Shown here in pieces: positions 38,027 to 47,656 of a stretch of 64,000 nucleotides of DNA (its first letter is position 1; the number at the start of each line of letters is the position of its first letter). The position numbers and the translations under genes were made by a program. Where the stretch lies: positions 256,001 through 320,000 of the forward strand of contig CAWBZI010000001.1 of the NCBI GenBank assembly GCA_963793265.1, written 5' to 3'. The notes below the pieces were generated by a model that was not told the DNA's origin, did not search any database, and saw nothing but the letters and a program-made list of their open reading frames with translations. The DNA is from an uncultured cyanobacterium (lineage in GTDB: Bacteria > Cyanobacteriota > Cyanobacteriia > Phormidesmidales > Phormidesmidaceae).

Positions 38027-38678
38027 TCTTACGCGCCTCAATTTCAACTTGAGTTTTGACATCCTTGTCAGGATCGTCGCCAATCAGCAGCGCGTCTTGA
38101 ATCCGAATCCAGTAGTTGCGAATGGTGCGATCGCTTGTTCCCATCCGTTTTGCAATCGCCCGGTCATGCAGCCCTTCTTCAAAGCGCAGGTGCAATAGCT
38201 GTAGCCACCGCGCATGAAACTCAGGGCGCGACTTTACCGTTTGAGGTAGATAAACAGAGCCTCGCAGCGCAAAATTTATGTAGTTAATCATGTCTTGCAG
38301 CGGCAGCGCTTTATCCATCGCCGCAAAGCCACCTTCGTATATTTTGATGGCCGCTTTCAGGCGTACCAAAGGATTGATATCCGTGCTGAGCACAGCAATA
38401 TTAGGAGCCCATTTGCTCACCAGCAGTTGTTCAACCAGCCTGAGCCCAACGCTAGGCGTTGCGGGCGTCCCTGGGGACTCTGGAATACTCAAATCAACCA
38501 CCATCAGATGAGGCTGCACGCGATCTATCAAACCGGCTGCGGTGCTGTAGTCTTGCGCGGTCAAAATTTCGGCTTGGGGATAGGCGCGCCGTAGCGTCGG
38601 CACAGTTCCTCTCAACACGGCCTCATGATCGTCAACCACTAAAAACTGCTGAACAGCGCACTGACTGGTAAAAACCAC
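38010..38678 (-). CDS. NarL/LuxR-type response regulator
   Basis: FLVVDDH, VVDLSIP; C-terminal HTH GLHDRAIAKRMGTSDRTIRNYW. Confidence 0.9.
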   Translation of the reverse strand: MVFTSQCAVQQFLVVDDHEAVLRGTVPTLRRAYPQAEILTAQDYSTAAGLIDRVQPHLMVVDLSIPESPGTPATPSVGLRLVEQLLVSKWAPNIAVLSTDINPLVRLKAAIKIYEGGFAAMDKALPLQDMINYINFALRGSVYLPQTVKSRPEFHARWLQLLHLRFEEGLHDRAIAKRMGTSDRTIRNYWIRIQDALLIGDDPDKDVKTQVEIEARKIGLIS

Positions 38679-38815
38679 GATGTTTTTGCTTCCAAATATA
38701 TACAGCTCATTTACTCATTACGTTCCCTTTGACATCAGTATGCTACAAAGCAAGCCTGTAGAAAACACTGAAAGTTCAGGTTTATTCAGGTTTAAAGTTC
38801 AGGTTTATTCAGGCA

Positions 38816-39895
38816 TTAGCGTTTCTGTCGCTTTGAAACAGGCCAAATTAATTCACAAATCGTACCGCTGGGCTGGTTTTCTCGCCGATGGAACGTCCCA
38901 GATAGCTGCTGTGCCAATGCCTGCGCCTGCCGGGTTCCCTGCTGATCCGATAGATCAGCGCGGTTTTCAAATAGGCTTGCGGCTGCACTGCTAGCCATTG
39001 CATCAGCCATCACACCGGCCATCACAACCGGCGGGTTAGGAGCCGGGGCGTTATCTATTATTTGCAAACTGTAACAATCTGCGTGCTGCTGACAAACAAC
39101 AGATAGTCGGGTTGTGCCTAGCGCATGTTTACCAACGTTACAGAGCGCTTCTTGTAAAAATAAGCATAGGCCCCGCTTTTGCTCAATTGAGAGATTAGCT
39201 GATAGCAAGGGCGAAAAGTCGGGGGTGACTTGAAAGCGGAGATTGGCAAAGCCCTCGAAGTCACGGGTTAGCGTGTGCTCAAAAATCTGCTGTAGCAAAT
39301 CGGGCAGCGGTGAAGAGAGCGAGAGTATGATGCTGTTTTCAAGGTATAGTTCTTCGCAGTGTCGGCCTACCGATAGGCGCATTGACTGGTAGATGCCGCG
39401 CAGATCTTTGCTGATCTTGTCGAGATGCGATCGCATCTCGACAGCCGTAAAGCTCTCCATATCGGCCCGCAACAAAATGGCTAGCTCTTGCAAAGGGCCA
39501 TTGTGTACCGCTTCGTAGGTTCGTTCAATGGTTTGCGATCGCTGCTCCAAAAGCTGTTGCGTCAGGTGCAAAGCATCTTCTTGGGCCTGCTTACGCTCCA
39601 GGCTTTCTCTAGCCAGCGTAATGTTTGCGGCCTCTAGCTCAGCCGTCCGCTGCCGCACCCTTTCTTCTAAAGCCACATTGAGCTGCCGCACGTAGCGCTC
39701 TGTTGTCTGCAAATCGTCTCTTTGCTGGCACACCTGCTTTTCTAGCTCAGTCGAATGCTCCACAACCGTTTCGAGCATGATTTCGGCGTCGGCGCGCTGA
39801 GCGGCCAGCTCTTCAGCTCTAGCAGCTAAGCTTTCAGCCTGTTGCGTGAGCTGTTCTACTAACATCAACAATTCTGCGCGGGTGAGGTGCTGCAC
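38816..39895 (-). CDS. Soluble histidine kinase (HisKA_3-like) with an N-terminal coiled coil
   Basis: EAVHNGPLQEL, FLQEALCNVGKHA, IIDN, GT..A..LA.QL.G.F, GT.CEL.WP; no TM. Confidence 0.8.
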   Translation of the reverse strand: MQHLTRAELLMLVEQLTQQAESLAARAEELAAQRADAEIMLETVVEHSTELEKQVCQQRDDLQTTERYVRQLNVALEERVRQRTAELEAANITLARESLERKQAQEDALHLTQQLLEQRSQTIERTYEAVHNGPLQELAILLRADMESFTAVEMRSHLDKISKDLRGIYQSMRLSVGRHCEELYLENSIILSLSSPLPDLLQQIFEHTLTRDFEGFANLRFQVTPDFSPLLSANLSIEQKRGLCLFLQEALCNVGKHALGTTRLSVVCQQHADCYSLQIIDNAPAPNPPVVMAGVMADAMASSAAASLFENRADLSDQQGTRQAQALAQQLSGTFHRRENQPSGTICELIWPVSKRQKR

Positions 39896-39906
39896 GTTGG
39901 TTTCAC

Positions 39907-40263
39907 CTAGCTGAGTTCAATCACAATAGCGGGAAAAAGACGTTTCAGGTTCGTTAGAGATTTGCGCTGCCACGGAACTGTTTTAGCGCCTTGAACGGTC
40001 ATAGACACAACGCTTGCCTGACGGACTTTGATGGTAAATCGAAAGAGCACGTTAATGCCAGAGCTGTTGAGAAAGGAGAGCGATCGCAAATCCATTTGCA
40101 AATGAGCATCCTCGCGGCGGCTGACCTCATCTAATGCCGTATCCAACAACCGTTTGATCGGCGTATATTCTGCCATTGTCATCAGCGCCAGCTCACCCGA
40201 GAAGGTAACTTCTGCAGCTGAGCTGATGTAGATAACCTGATAGTTTTCACCTTGAACTTTCAT
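39907..40263 (-). CDS. STAS / anti-sigma-antagonist-like protein (Slr1659/SiaC-like)
   Basis: MDLRSLSFLNSSGINVL phospho-Ser motif; PWQ.KSL.NL.RL.P. Confidence 0.8.
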   Translation of the reverse strand: MKVQGENYQVIYISSAAEVTFSGELALMTMAEYTPIKRLLDTALDEVSRREDAHLQMDLRSLSFLNSSGINVLFRFTIKVRQASVVSMTVQGAKTVPWQRKSLTNLKRLFPAIVIELS

Positions 40264-40305
40264 GCAGCTTTGGTCTTCTGCGTCCTTTTCTTTGAAAACC
40301 TTTGC

Positions 40306-41415
40306 CTAAAGGCTAGCAGGCAATTGCCCCTGCAAAATGTCCATCACGATACCCAGCGTCTGATTCAAATGCGTATCACCGTTGGGCAGCTTTGCAATCG
40401 GGTCAATCGGCCCGGTCGGCCCGTTGTGATTAACAGGCCCTAGCGAAATAAAATTCACCCGCCCCTCAGACTTCGCTAAATTCCAGCTTGACCAGGCCAT
40501 CATCGGCCAGCGCTTGGGAAACATCATCGCTCCAATTTGCGCTAGCACGTCGCGATCGCCCGTCAAATGATAGAGCCGGTCAATCAGCCCCACCCCGTTA
40601 TTTCCACTCACCACACCCGAGAGCGAAATCACCTCAATCGGCACGTCCAGCGCGTACTTGAGATAGGTCACCGCCCCTAAGGCCACTTGCGCCCCGCCGC
40701 TATAGCCCAGCAGCGTAATCGGCACCCCTGGCTGATAGCCCCGCTGCCGCAAACTGTTCAAAATCACCTGCGCCGTGCCCCGATTAAACACCGGGCCATA
40801 GCGATTATCTGTAGACACCGCAACTTGAAACGTATTGCGCAGGTTTATAAAAATATCCAACGGACTCTGCGGATAGCCTGCTTCAATTCGGTTCACCCAG
40901 CGCCAAAAGCTCGCAAAGGGGCGCTGCATGGTGAGCGGACGGTTGAGCGCGGAGTAGGCCATGATGTCTTGAATAAACACCATGTCGGCAGGGAGGCTTG
41001 CCGCTAGCGTGTCTAAAAAGTTTTGGACGCGCTTAGGGTAGTCGGCGCAGCTTTGAGAAATGCCGTCTAAATAAATCACGTAGCGGCGCGGTGAAACGCG
41101 GCTGGCGGTCTTTGAGGAGAAAATAGGCTCAGTAGAAAGGGCAGAGAGCTGCGCGGGAATCTTGCAGGGAATGGTGGTTTCGATCCCATCGCCATACCAG
41201 CCAGCCCACCAGCCCAGCGCTTCAAAGGGCGAAAGCAGCCCGGCTAATAGCAACGCAATCAGGCTGACGCGGGCTAGATCTATGACCAGCTTTAGCAGCT
41301 TGCTATTAAAGGCTAAGTACCAGCTTAGCCACTGTTGATTCACCGGGGAGAGCAGCACAATCGCGCCCACGGCTAGGAGGATGACCGCGCTGAGCTTGAG
41401 TAATCGACTATTCAT
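40306..41415 (-). CDS. Membrane-anchored alpha/beta-hydrolase-like protein
   Basis: N-terminal TMs; YLDGI, GYSGGAQ nucleophile elbow, candidate Asp (GDRD) and His (GPVNHNG). Confidence 0.7.
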   Translation of the reverse strand: MNSRLLKLSAVILLAVGAIVLLSPVNQQWLSWYLAFNSKLLKLVIDLARVSLIALLLAGLLSPFEALGWWAGWYGDGIETTIPCKIPAQLSALSTEPIFSSKTASRVSPRRYVIYLDGISQSCADYPKRVQNFLDTLAASLPADMVFIQDIMAYSALNRPLTMQRPFASFWRWVNRIEAGYPQSPLDIFINLRNTFQVAVSTDNRYGPVFNRGTAQVILNSLRQRGYQPGVPITLLGYSGGAQVALGAVTYLKYALDVPIEVISLSGVVSGNNGVGLIDRLYHLTGDRDVLAQIGAMMFPKRWPMMAWSSWNLAKSEGRVNFISLGPVNHNGPTGPIDPIAKLPNGDTHLNQTLGIVMDILQGQLPASL

Positions 41416-41433
41416 AGACGAATTTTATAGGAT

Positions 41434-42294
41434 TTAGCGATAGTCATCTGGTTTTTCTAGTCGATCGCGTGCGTTTTTGAGCGATCGCACTACATCACGC
41501 GGGCTATCAAGCGCGCGCAGGTCACTGATTTGAGGCGGGTGCGATCGCAGCCCTGCATACAGCTCTTGCGCCAGCCGCGTTCTGTTCGTAATCAGCTCCT
41601 CGCCTGCCGCCCAGTTTGTAATCCACTGGCCCAAAGACGCAATTGGCTGGCCGACGGTTTTTTGCAATAGCTGTAGCACCACCCATCCTAACGCCGCACT
41701 GGTAAACGACTCCCATAGGTCTAGAGGGGCAATCACATCGATACCCACTACCACCGCCAGCAGCGTCCAAATCGAGAGCAGCACAAATATCCCACCCCCA
41801 AAGTAAGGCAGCATGATAAACACGCCAAAGAGCATTAGGGGCGCATAGCTAAAGCCCAGCGTTCGCAGCACGGTGAGTAATGATAAGTCGCCCGCAAAAG
41901 CCGTGTTGAGAATAACCCAAATGCTCAGCGCCCAAAAGCCGTAGCCAATGGTGAAAAATAGGGCCGAAATCAGCAGGCTCAGCACGAATCGTAGGGGCCG
42001 AACCTGATTGATAAAGAGCACTACCATCTGGCTCAAAGACTGAGCAAATCCGGCCAAAAACACAATGGTGAGGGCGGCGAGCAGGCTGTGCGGATGGGTG
42101 TGAATGCTTTGGAGCGTGGGAATGTTGAGGGCGATCGCACCCGATATTAAATGCCATAAATCACTAAAGGCATCCTTGCGCGGCAGTTCAATCAGCAGCC
42201 TTCCACCAGAAGCACCAAAAGGAACAGAAAGCGACTCACTAAGCAGCCCGCAGAAGAGCCGACTCAAACTAACCAACTGACCGCTCAAAAACAC
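41434..42294 (-). CDS. Hypothetical multi-TM (Yip1-like) membrane protein
   Basis: About 5-6 TMs; LFINQVRP.RF, LGFSYAP. Start uncertain. Confidence 0.75.
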   Translation of the reverse strand: MFLSGQLVSLSRLFCGLLSESLSVPFGASGGRLLIELPRKDAFSDLWHLISGAIALNIPTLQSIHTHPHSLLAALTIVFLAGFAQSLSQMVVLFINQVRPLRFVLSLLISALFFTIGYGFWALSIWVILNTAFAGDLSLLTVLRTLGFSYAPLMLFGVFIMLPYFGGGIFVLLSIWTLLAVVVGIDVIAPLDLWESFTSAALGWVVLQLLQKTVGQPIASLGQWITNWAAGEELITNRTRLAQELYAGLRSHPPQISDLRALDSPRDVVRSLKNARDRLEKPDDYR

Positions 42295-42405
42295 CGATTA
42301 ATCGCACCTATGCACTTTAGAACCTTCGGGATCGTAGGCGATGGAGCGACGACATCGCAACTGCTTTTGAACCGCTTCTCGAACCGCCCAGTAAACGCTT
42401 ACGCT

Positions 42406-43311
42406 TTAGTACTTAATCCGATCCTTATTCTTATTTACGCCTGCATTCTTTTCCAAAAACTCAATCGTCTTCCCGGCCACATCAATCTCAGTCGCCTTCT
42501 CAATCCCCTCTAGCCCCGGCGACGAGTTCACCTCCATCACCACCGGCCCTTTATTCGACCGCAGCAAATCCACACCCGCTATCATCAGCCCCATCGCCTT
42601 AGCCGCCTTCACAGCCGTCGCCCGCTCATCGGGGGTCAGCTTAATCTGCTGCGCATTGCCGCCCCTGTGCAGGTTAGATCGAAACTCTCCCGGCGCGCCC
42701 TGTCGCTTCATCGCCGCGACGACCTTACCGCCAATCACAAAGCACCGCAGATCAGCGCCTTTCGCTTCAGCAATAAATTCCTGCACCAAAATATTCGCAT
42801 CGAGCCCTCTAAACGCTTCAATCACTGACGTTGCTGCCTGATGCGTCTCAGTGAGCACCACGCCAATGCCCTGCGTTCCTTCTAGCAGCTTAATCACCAG
42901 CGGCGCGCCGCCTACAATATTAATCAGCCCCTCAATATCCTTTGTAGAGTGCGCAAAGCCAGTCGTCGGCAAGCCAATTCCTTGACGAGAGAGCAGTTGC
43001 AGGCAGCGCAGCTTATCACGCGATCTAGAAATCGCCTGCGACTCGTTCGCGACAAACACGCCCATCATTTCAAACTGCCGAATCACCGCCGTGCCGTAAA
43101 ACGTATTAGACGCGCCAATCCGCGGAATTACCGCATCAACACCTTCTAACCGTTTGCCCTGGTACAAAACGTGAGGATTATCAGGCGTAATATCCATATA
43201 GCAGCGTAGATAGTCAATCACCTGCACCTCATGCCCACGCTCAATCGCCGCTTCTTTAAGGCGATGCGTCGAATAGAGAGAAGAATTTCTTGACAATATT
43301 ACTATTTTCAT
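42406..43311 (-). CDS. rimK: RimK-family ATP-grasp L-glutamate ligase
   Basis: [62 protein letters not shown]. Confidence 0.96.
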   Translation of the reverse strand: MKIVILSRNSSLYSTHRLKEAAIERGHEVQVIDYLRCYMDITPDNPHVLYQGKRLEGVDAVIPRIGASNTFYGTAVIRQFEMMGVFVANESQAISRSRDKLRCLQLLSRQGIGLPTTGFAHSTKDIEGLINIVGGAPLVIKLLEGTQGIGVVLTETHQAATSVIEAFRGLDANILVQEFIAEAKGADLRCFVIGGKVVAAMKRQGAPGEFRSNLHRGGNAQQIKLTPDERATAVKAAKAMGLMIAGVDLLRSNKGPVVMEVNSSPGLEGIEKATEIDVAGKTIEFLEKNAGVNKNKDRIKY

Positions 43312-43807
43312 TTTTTGGTTTCTTACGGCTTTTTAGTTTGCGCTTGGACTTAGTGCTTTGCAAGTAGGACTTACCCGAATCTACCAGGAAGCGGCGACGC
43401 ACAGCCTGACGACCGAGCAGCATCCGAAAGCCCATCAGCTTGCGATTGGTGAGCGTGAGTTCTATGGGCCACTGCTGCGCGCCCAAGGCCACAGTGGTCG
43501 TAATCACCGGACGCAGCTCAGATTTACCACCGGAGTTGCGCACGGTTCGCATTTCGAGCAGCGGGGCTTCGGCGGTAATAGTTTTGGTGCGATCGCGCTG
43601 AGAGGGATGAACCTTAAAGCGAACGAATTCTACGCCTTCACGCTCAAACGTTTCGATATCGAAAGCGTGTAGGGCTGAGGAACGCGCCCCTGTATCAATT
43701 TTGGCTTTAACGCTGCTGATATTTAGCTCGGGCAGCACGACCCGCTCTCGCCAGCCAATGAGCGGTAGATGGGGCTGTGGGCTGGCTGTTGTCTCTTTAG
43801 CCGTCAT
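43256..43807 (-). CDS. RimK-associated retropepsin-like protease
   Basis: [35 protein letters not shown]; directly upstream of rimK. Confidence 0.9.
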   Translation of the reverse strand: MTAKETTASPQPHLPLIGWRERVVLPELNISSVKAKIDTGARSSALHAFDIETFEREGVEFVRFKVHPSQRDRTKTITAEAPLLEMRTVRNSGGKSELRPVITTTVALGAQQWPIELTLTNRKLMGFRMLLGRQAVRRRFLVDSGKSYLQSTKSKRKLKSRKKPKNENSNIVKKFFSLFDASP

Positions 43808-43915
43808 GGAATACTGCGAATCTTTAGCATCTACGTTACTGTGAACGCTCACACTATCATCAAGCAGGTATAGCGCAAAACTATACCGAAAGAACAATCG
43901 GGAGTAACTATAACT

Positions 43916-44683
43916 ATGACAGATGGAAGCTCAAAAATTGCACTGGTCACTGGGTCTAGTAAAGGACTGGGCAAAAATACCGCTTTAGCTTTAGCGAAAA
44001 AAGGGACAGATGTGGTTGTGACCTATCACACGAATCAGGATGAAGCTAAAAGTGTGGTTACGAAGATTGAAGAGACGGGGGCTCGTGCGATCGCCCTTCA
44101 GCTCGATACGTCAAACACTCAAGATATTGACAAATTCGTAGGGCAATTTAAGCAGGCACTAAAAGAGAAATGGCAGACTGAACAGTTTGATTTTTTGGTT
44201 AATAATGCAGGCGTTGGCATTAATGTACCGTTTGCAGAAACGACAGAACAACAGTTTGATAGCATGATGAATATTCATGTGAAGGGCACCTTTTTTGTCA
44301 CGCAAAAGCTGCTGCCTTTGATCAAAGATGGTGGACGCATTGTGAATACCTCTTCGGGGTTAGCGCGATTTTCTCTACCAGGCTATGCGGCCTATGGCAG
44401 CGCTAAAGGTGCCGTTGAGGTGCTAACGCGGTATATGGCAAAAGAGCTAGGCGAGCGGCAGATCACGGTAAACGTGGTGGCACCGGGAGCCATTGAGACT
44501 GATTTTGGCGGCGGTGCGGTGCGAGATAATCAAGATCTTAATGACACGCTCTCTTCGATGACGGCGCTCGGTCGCGTGGGGGTACCGGATGATATTGGAG
44601 GTATGATCGCCTCTCTCCTTTCAGAAGAGAACCGATGGGTTAACGGTCAAAGAATTGAAATCTCAGGCGGCATCTTTCTCTAA
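43916..44683 (+). CDS. Short-chain dehydrogenase/reductase
   Basis: TGSSKGLG, NNAG, YGSAK, PGAIETDF. Confidence 0.95.
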   Translation: MTDGSSKIALVTGSSKGLGKNTALALAKKGTDVVVTYHTNQDEAKSVVTKIEETGARAIALQLDTSNTQDIDKFVGQFKQALKEKWQTEQFDFLVNNAGVGINVPFAETTEQQFDSMMNIHVKGTFFVTQKLLPLIKDGGRIVNTSSGLARFSLPGYAAYGSAKGAVEVLTRYMAKELGERQITVNVVAPGAIETDFGGGAVRDNQDLNDTLSSMTALGRVGVPDDIGGMIASLLSEENRWVNGQRIEISGGIFL

Positions 44684-44700
44684 GAATATAGATAAAAACG

Positions 44701-44725
44701 GTAGGGGCGTAAGATCTTACGCTCT
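44701..44725 (+). repeat. GTAG-type REP-like hairpin (GTAGGGGCGTAAGATCTTACGCTCT)
   Basis: Same family as the 35259 copy; lies between convergent genes. Confidence 0.65.
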
Positions 44726-44746
44726 CCAATCTCTACGCCCCTCCGA

Positions 44747-45946
44747 TCAACCAGCAGACACAGGCACACCATCAAACTTATTAATTGCCACCAGTAAAAG
44801 GCTCAAAACACCCACAACCATTACAGGAGAAAGCACCGCCCCAAGCGGAATTAAACAAAGAGAGAACAAAGCTAGCAGTAGCCGCATCGCAACCACCCGC
44901 CTCGGCAGTGAATTAGGTGATGCCCACTGCAACGTCGTCACGCCGACCAAAAACACAGCAATCCCGCCACAAAGCACCGCCCGCACCTCGGTCACAAACG
45001 CCTCCCCCGAAGCCGCTTCAATCGCAAACTGCACGCCCACGCCCGTTGCCACAATTCCCATAAACGCAAAAACGTGGCTGTAGCCATACACATAAGACTT
45101 CAGCAGCGCCCTCTTCCCACCGCGCAAAGCCTGGTCAATCGTCGATTCGTCCGATCGCTCAAAGTACATCCACCAAAGGCTTATGGCTGTTAAAAAACCA
45201 GCACTTGCCGTCAGTACGTTTTGCCACTGCCACGTTGTTTCAGCAACACCTGTGGCCACCGCAATAATGGCCTCGCCCAGCACGATAATTACGAACAGGC
45301 CAAATCTCTCGTCCATGTGAGACTTTTGCGCGGGCACGTTGCGAATGGTGAGATAGGTGATGGGGCCGTTACTGATTTCGATAAAGAGTGCGATCGCCCA
45401 CAGCCAAAAGCGCAGCGGCACGGGCACCACAATTGACAGCAGCCACAAAAAGAACGCCACCGAAAAGCTCATCACATACCGCCCTGACAGCTCCCGAGAC
45501 TGCGGCACAAACCGCCAAGCCTGCATATATAGCGCAATAATCGCCAGCCGCAATGCCGCATACGCCGCTGCAAAATTAGCCGAACCGCCATGCGTCACAT
45601 CATGAATAGTCAGCGCCATCACCACAATGCCAAACATCACGCCTAGTATCGCCAGCCGATACGGCCCCTGATCGACATCAAACTGATCGGCATAGTAGCT
45701 AAAGTCAATCCACAGCCACCAAACCGGAATGAACAGACCTGCAAAGCTCAGAATGCCTGTCCAGCTTGCATCACCATGAAGCAGATGCGCCAGTTCGGCA
45801 ATCGATAGAACAAAGACCAAATCAAAAAATAGCTCTAGCCAGGTGGCATGTCGAGGTGAGCGATCGCTCCCACCCGCATGTAAGCTCAGCGGGCGCGAAG
45901 GCTTAGACTGTAACTGAAACCATTTGGAAGGAGTAGGAGGAATCAT
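44747..45946 (-). CDS. ltrA: Low temperature requirement protein A family membrane protein
   Basis: ATWLELFFDLVFV, HMDERFGLFVIIVLGE. Confidence 0.92.
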   Translation of the reverse strand: MIPPTPSKWFQLQSKPSRPLSLHAGGSDRSPRHATWLELFFDLVFVLSIAELAHLLHGDASWTGILSFAGLFIPVWWLWIDFSYYADQFDVDQGPYRLAILGVMFGIVVMALTIHDVTHGGSANFAAAYAALRLAIIALYMQAWRFVPQSRELSGRYVMSFSVAFFLWLLSIVVPVPLRFWLWAIALFIEISNGPITYLTIRNVPAQKSHMDERFGLFVIIVLGEAIIAVATGVAETTWQWQNVLTASAGFLTAISLWWMYFERSDESTIDQALRGGKRALLKSYVYGYSHVFAFMGIVATGVGVQFAIEAASGEAFVTEVRAVLCGGIAVFLVGVTTLQWASPNSLPRRVVAMRLLLALFSLCLIPLGAVLSPVMVVGVLSLLLVAINKFDGVPVSAG

Positions 45947-46069
45947 GAGACGTTGTAGATAGCTCGCGATGGCTTCATCTTATGGGGTATGTCCTGCGGT
46001 CGAAGTGTCTCTTTAGGCTGATTGCGATGTACGTGTTTAGCGTTAGTCATTTGATGGCTTAAGTTGCTG

Positions 46070-46161
46070 ACCCACCCCGTCGCTGTGCGCCACCCCTGTC
46101 TTGGTGCGCGTTCCCAGCGCCGCAAAGCGACGTGGGGTCGCACCGCTCCGGCAGAGGGGAA
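46070..46161. repeat. Nested small palindromic elements
   Basis: Outer CCCCTC/GAGGGG hairpin interrupted by a 50-bp hairpin GGTGCG...CGCACC (46098-46147). Confidence 0.5.
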
Positions 46162-46223
46162 ACTGGCTGTGTGTTTGGAGAGACAGGACTTGGTTCCCTT
46201 TGGAAACAATTCTGGATAACGGC

Positions 46224-46754
46224 TTAGACAACAACAATTCTCAAATCTTTAAGTTGTAGGTTTCCCTTATAGAGAACATGGGGAATTCGGTGAAAAAGCA
46301 GTGGAGATTGCCCCGTTTTTTGACTGTCTTTGTAGTATTCAATCGTTGCTTCAGGCATGTGAGATAAGCCAGCCAAAGCGCTATTGTGAAACGGGCGAAA
46401 GTCATCAGCCATCTTCGTGAAGTCGAGGTAGGTTTTAGGCGGATGAAGATAAATGACAGCATTGTCTGGATTGAAGCCGAGCGCTACCGGATTTACTTCA
46501 AACCAATGCATTGGTTGCAGCTCAATTCCAGCAGATTCTAAGCCTTCTTTAATTAATTTTGGGTGAACAGGAGAGAAGTGCAAAACATCGTTCCAAGAGC
46601 ATTTGAGTACAGGAATTATTTGCTGTGTAAGCACCTCGCGCCTGGCATATTTTTTGGCAGCCTCAGCATAGAGCTTAGGAAATTCTTGTCTCAGTGCATT
46701 AAGCGGATATAGAACGGAGCCAGAGAGATTGTTTGGAACGCGATGATACAGCAT
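46224..46754 (-). CDS. Conserved hypothetical protein
   Basis: LYHRVP....G..LYPLN.L, KY..RE, IP.L.C.WNDVLHFSPVHP, LLFH.IPHVLYKG. Confidence 0.78.
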   Translation of the reverse strand: MLYHRVPNNLSGSVLYPLNALRQEFPKLYAEAAKKYARREVLTQQIIPVLKCSWNDVLHFSPVHPKLIKEGLESAGIELQPMHWFEVNPVALGFNPDNAVIYLHPPKTYLDFTKMADDFRPFHNSALAGLSHMPEATIEYYKDSQKTGQSPLLFHRIPHVLYKGNLQLKDLRIVVV

Positions 46755-46815
46755 AGCAGCACGGTTTGGTTTAACGGATTCGGTTATAGTTCAGTGACGC
46801 ATATGCAAAAGACCT

Positions 46816-47541
46816 ATGGCTCAACCAAAAACTCAACCGAAAAAACAGATTATTGCGCTTGGCGGTGGCGGCTTTTCGATGGAGCCTGATAATCTCTTGC
46901 TGGATCGCTATATTTTAGAGCAATCATCTCAATCAGTGCCCAACGTTTGCTTTTTGCCAACCGCTAGCGGGGACAGCGATCGCTACATCACCCGCTTTTA
47001 TGCTGCTTTCACTCAGCTCAACTGCCGTCCCTCTCACCTCAGTCTTTTTCGCCCACCTACAGAAAGTCCCGATACCTATCTGAAAAGACAAGATATTGTC
47101 TATGTTGGTGGTGGCTCGACCGTTAACATGCTGGCCATCTGGAAAGTATGGAGATTAGACCAATCGCTGCGGCAAGCCTGGGAGAGCGGCACTATTCTTT
47201 GCGGGCTTAGCGCAGGTTCACTCTGTTGGTTTGAAGAAGGGCTTTCGGATTCGGTTGCACCTGGAAAGTATGCAAGAATAGAAGGATTAGGCTTTTTGAA
47301 AGGCAGTCACTGCCCGCACTACGATGGGGAAAGCGAGCGACGCCCCGTTTACCGGCAGCATATTAAGAGTGGAGCGTTAGCCGAAGGAATTGCCGCTGAT
47401 GATGGCGTTGCCCTGCATTATATTGATGACGACTTAAGCGAAGTTATCAGCTCACGCCCAGCAGCCAAAGCCTATCGCATTTATCAAAAGAATACAAGTG
47501 TGCAAGAAGATATAATTGAACCACAGTATCTAGGAGAATAG
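46816..47541 (+). CDS. pepE: Peptidase E (S51) family
   Basis: FLPTASGD, YVGGGST, GLSAG (Ser), CPHYD (His). Confidence 0.9.
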   Translation: MAQPKTQPKKQIIALGGGGFSMEPDNLLLDRYILEQSSQSVPNVCFLPTASGDSDRYITRFYAAFTQLNCRPSHLSLFRPPTESPDTYLKRQDIVYVGGGSTVNMLAIWKVWRLDQSLRQAWESGTILCGLSAGSLCWFEEGLSDSVAPGKYARIEGLGFLKGSHCPHYDGESERRPVYRQHIKSGALAEGIAADDGVALHYIDDDLSEVISSRPAAKAYRIYQKNTSVQEDIIEPQYLGE

Positions 47542-47656
47542 ATAGTAGCTATATTGATCAAAAAAGACTTATGCGATCGCTCAATTTGGCAGTTCTCAGG
47601 CAAACGCTTTAGGATAGACAGCGGTGCGTGAATAGCAGTCGCTTAGAAGAACTAAA

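Noticed and set aside
3689..43311. Graspetide RiPP (Ser/Thr/Asp repeat precursor plus ATP-grasp ligase)
   Set aside because: The ATP-grasp gene is a canonical rimK with its usual protease partner about 38 kb away, and the repeat protein has a Sec signal rather than a RiPP leader.
45943..46237. 88-aa and 64-aa ORFs upstream of ltrA
   Set aside because: No recognisable motifs; they run across the palindromic repeat elements and are probably spurious.
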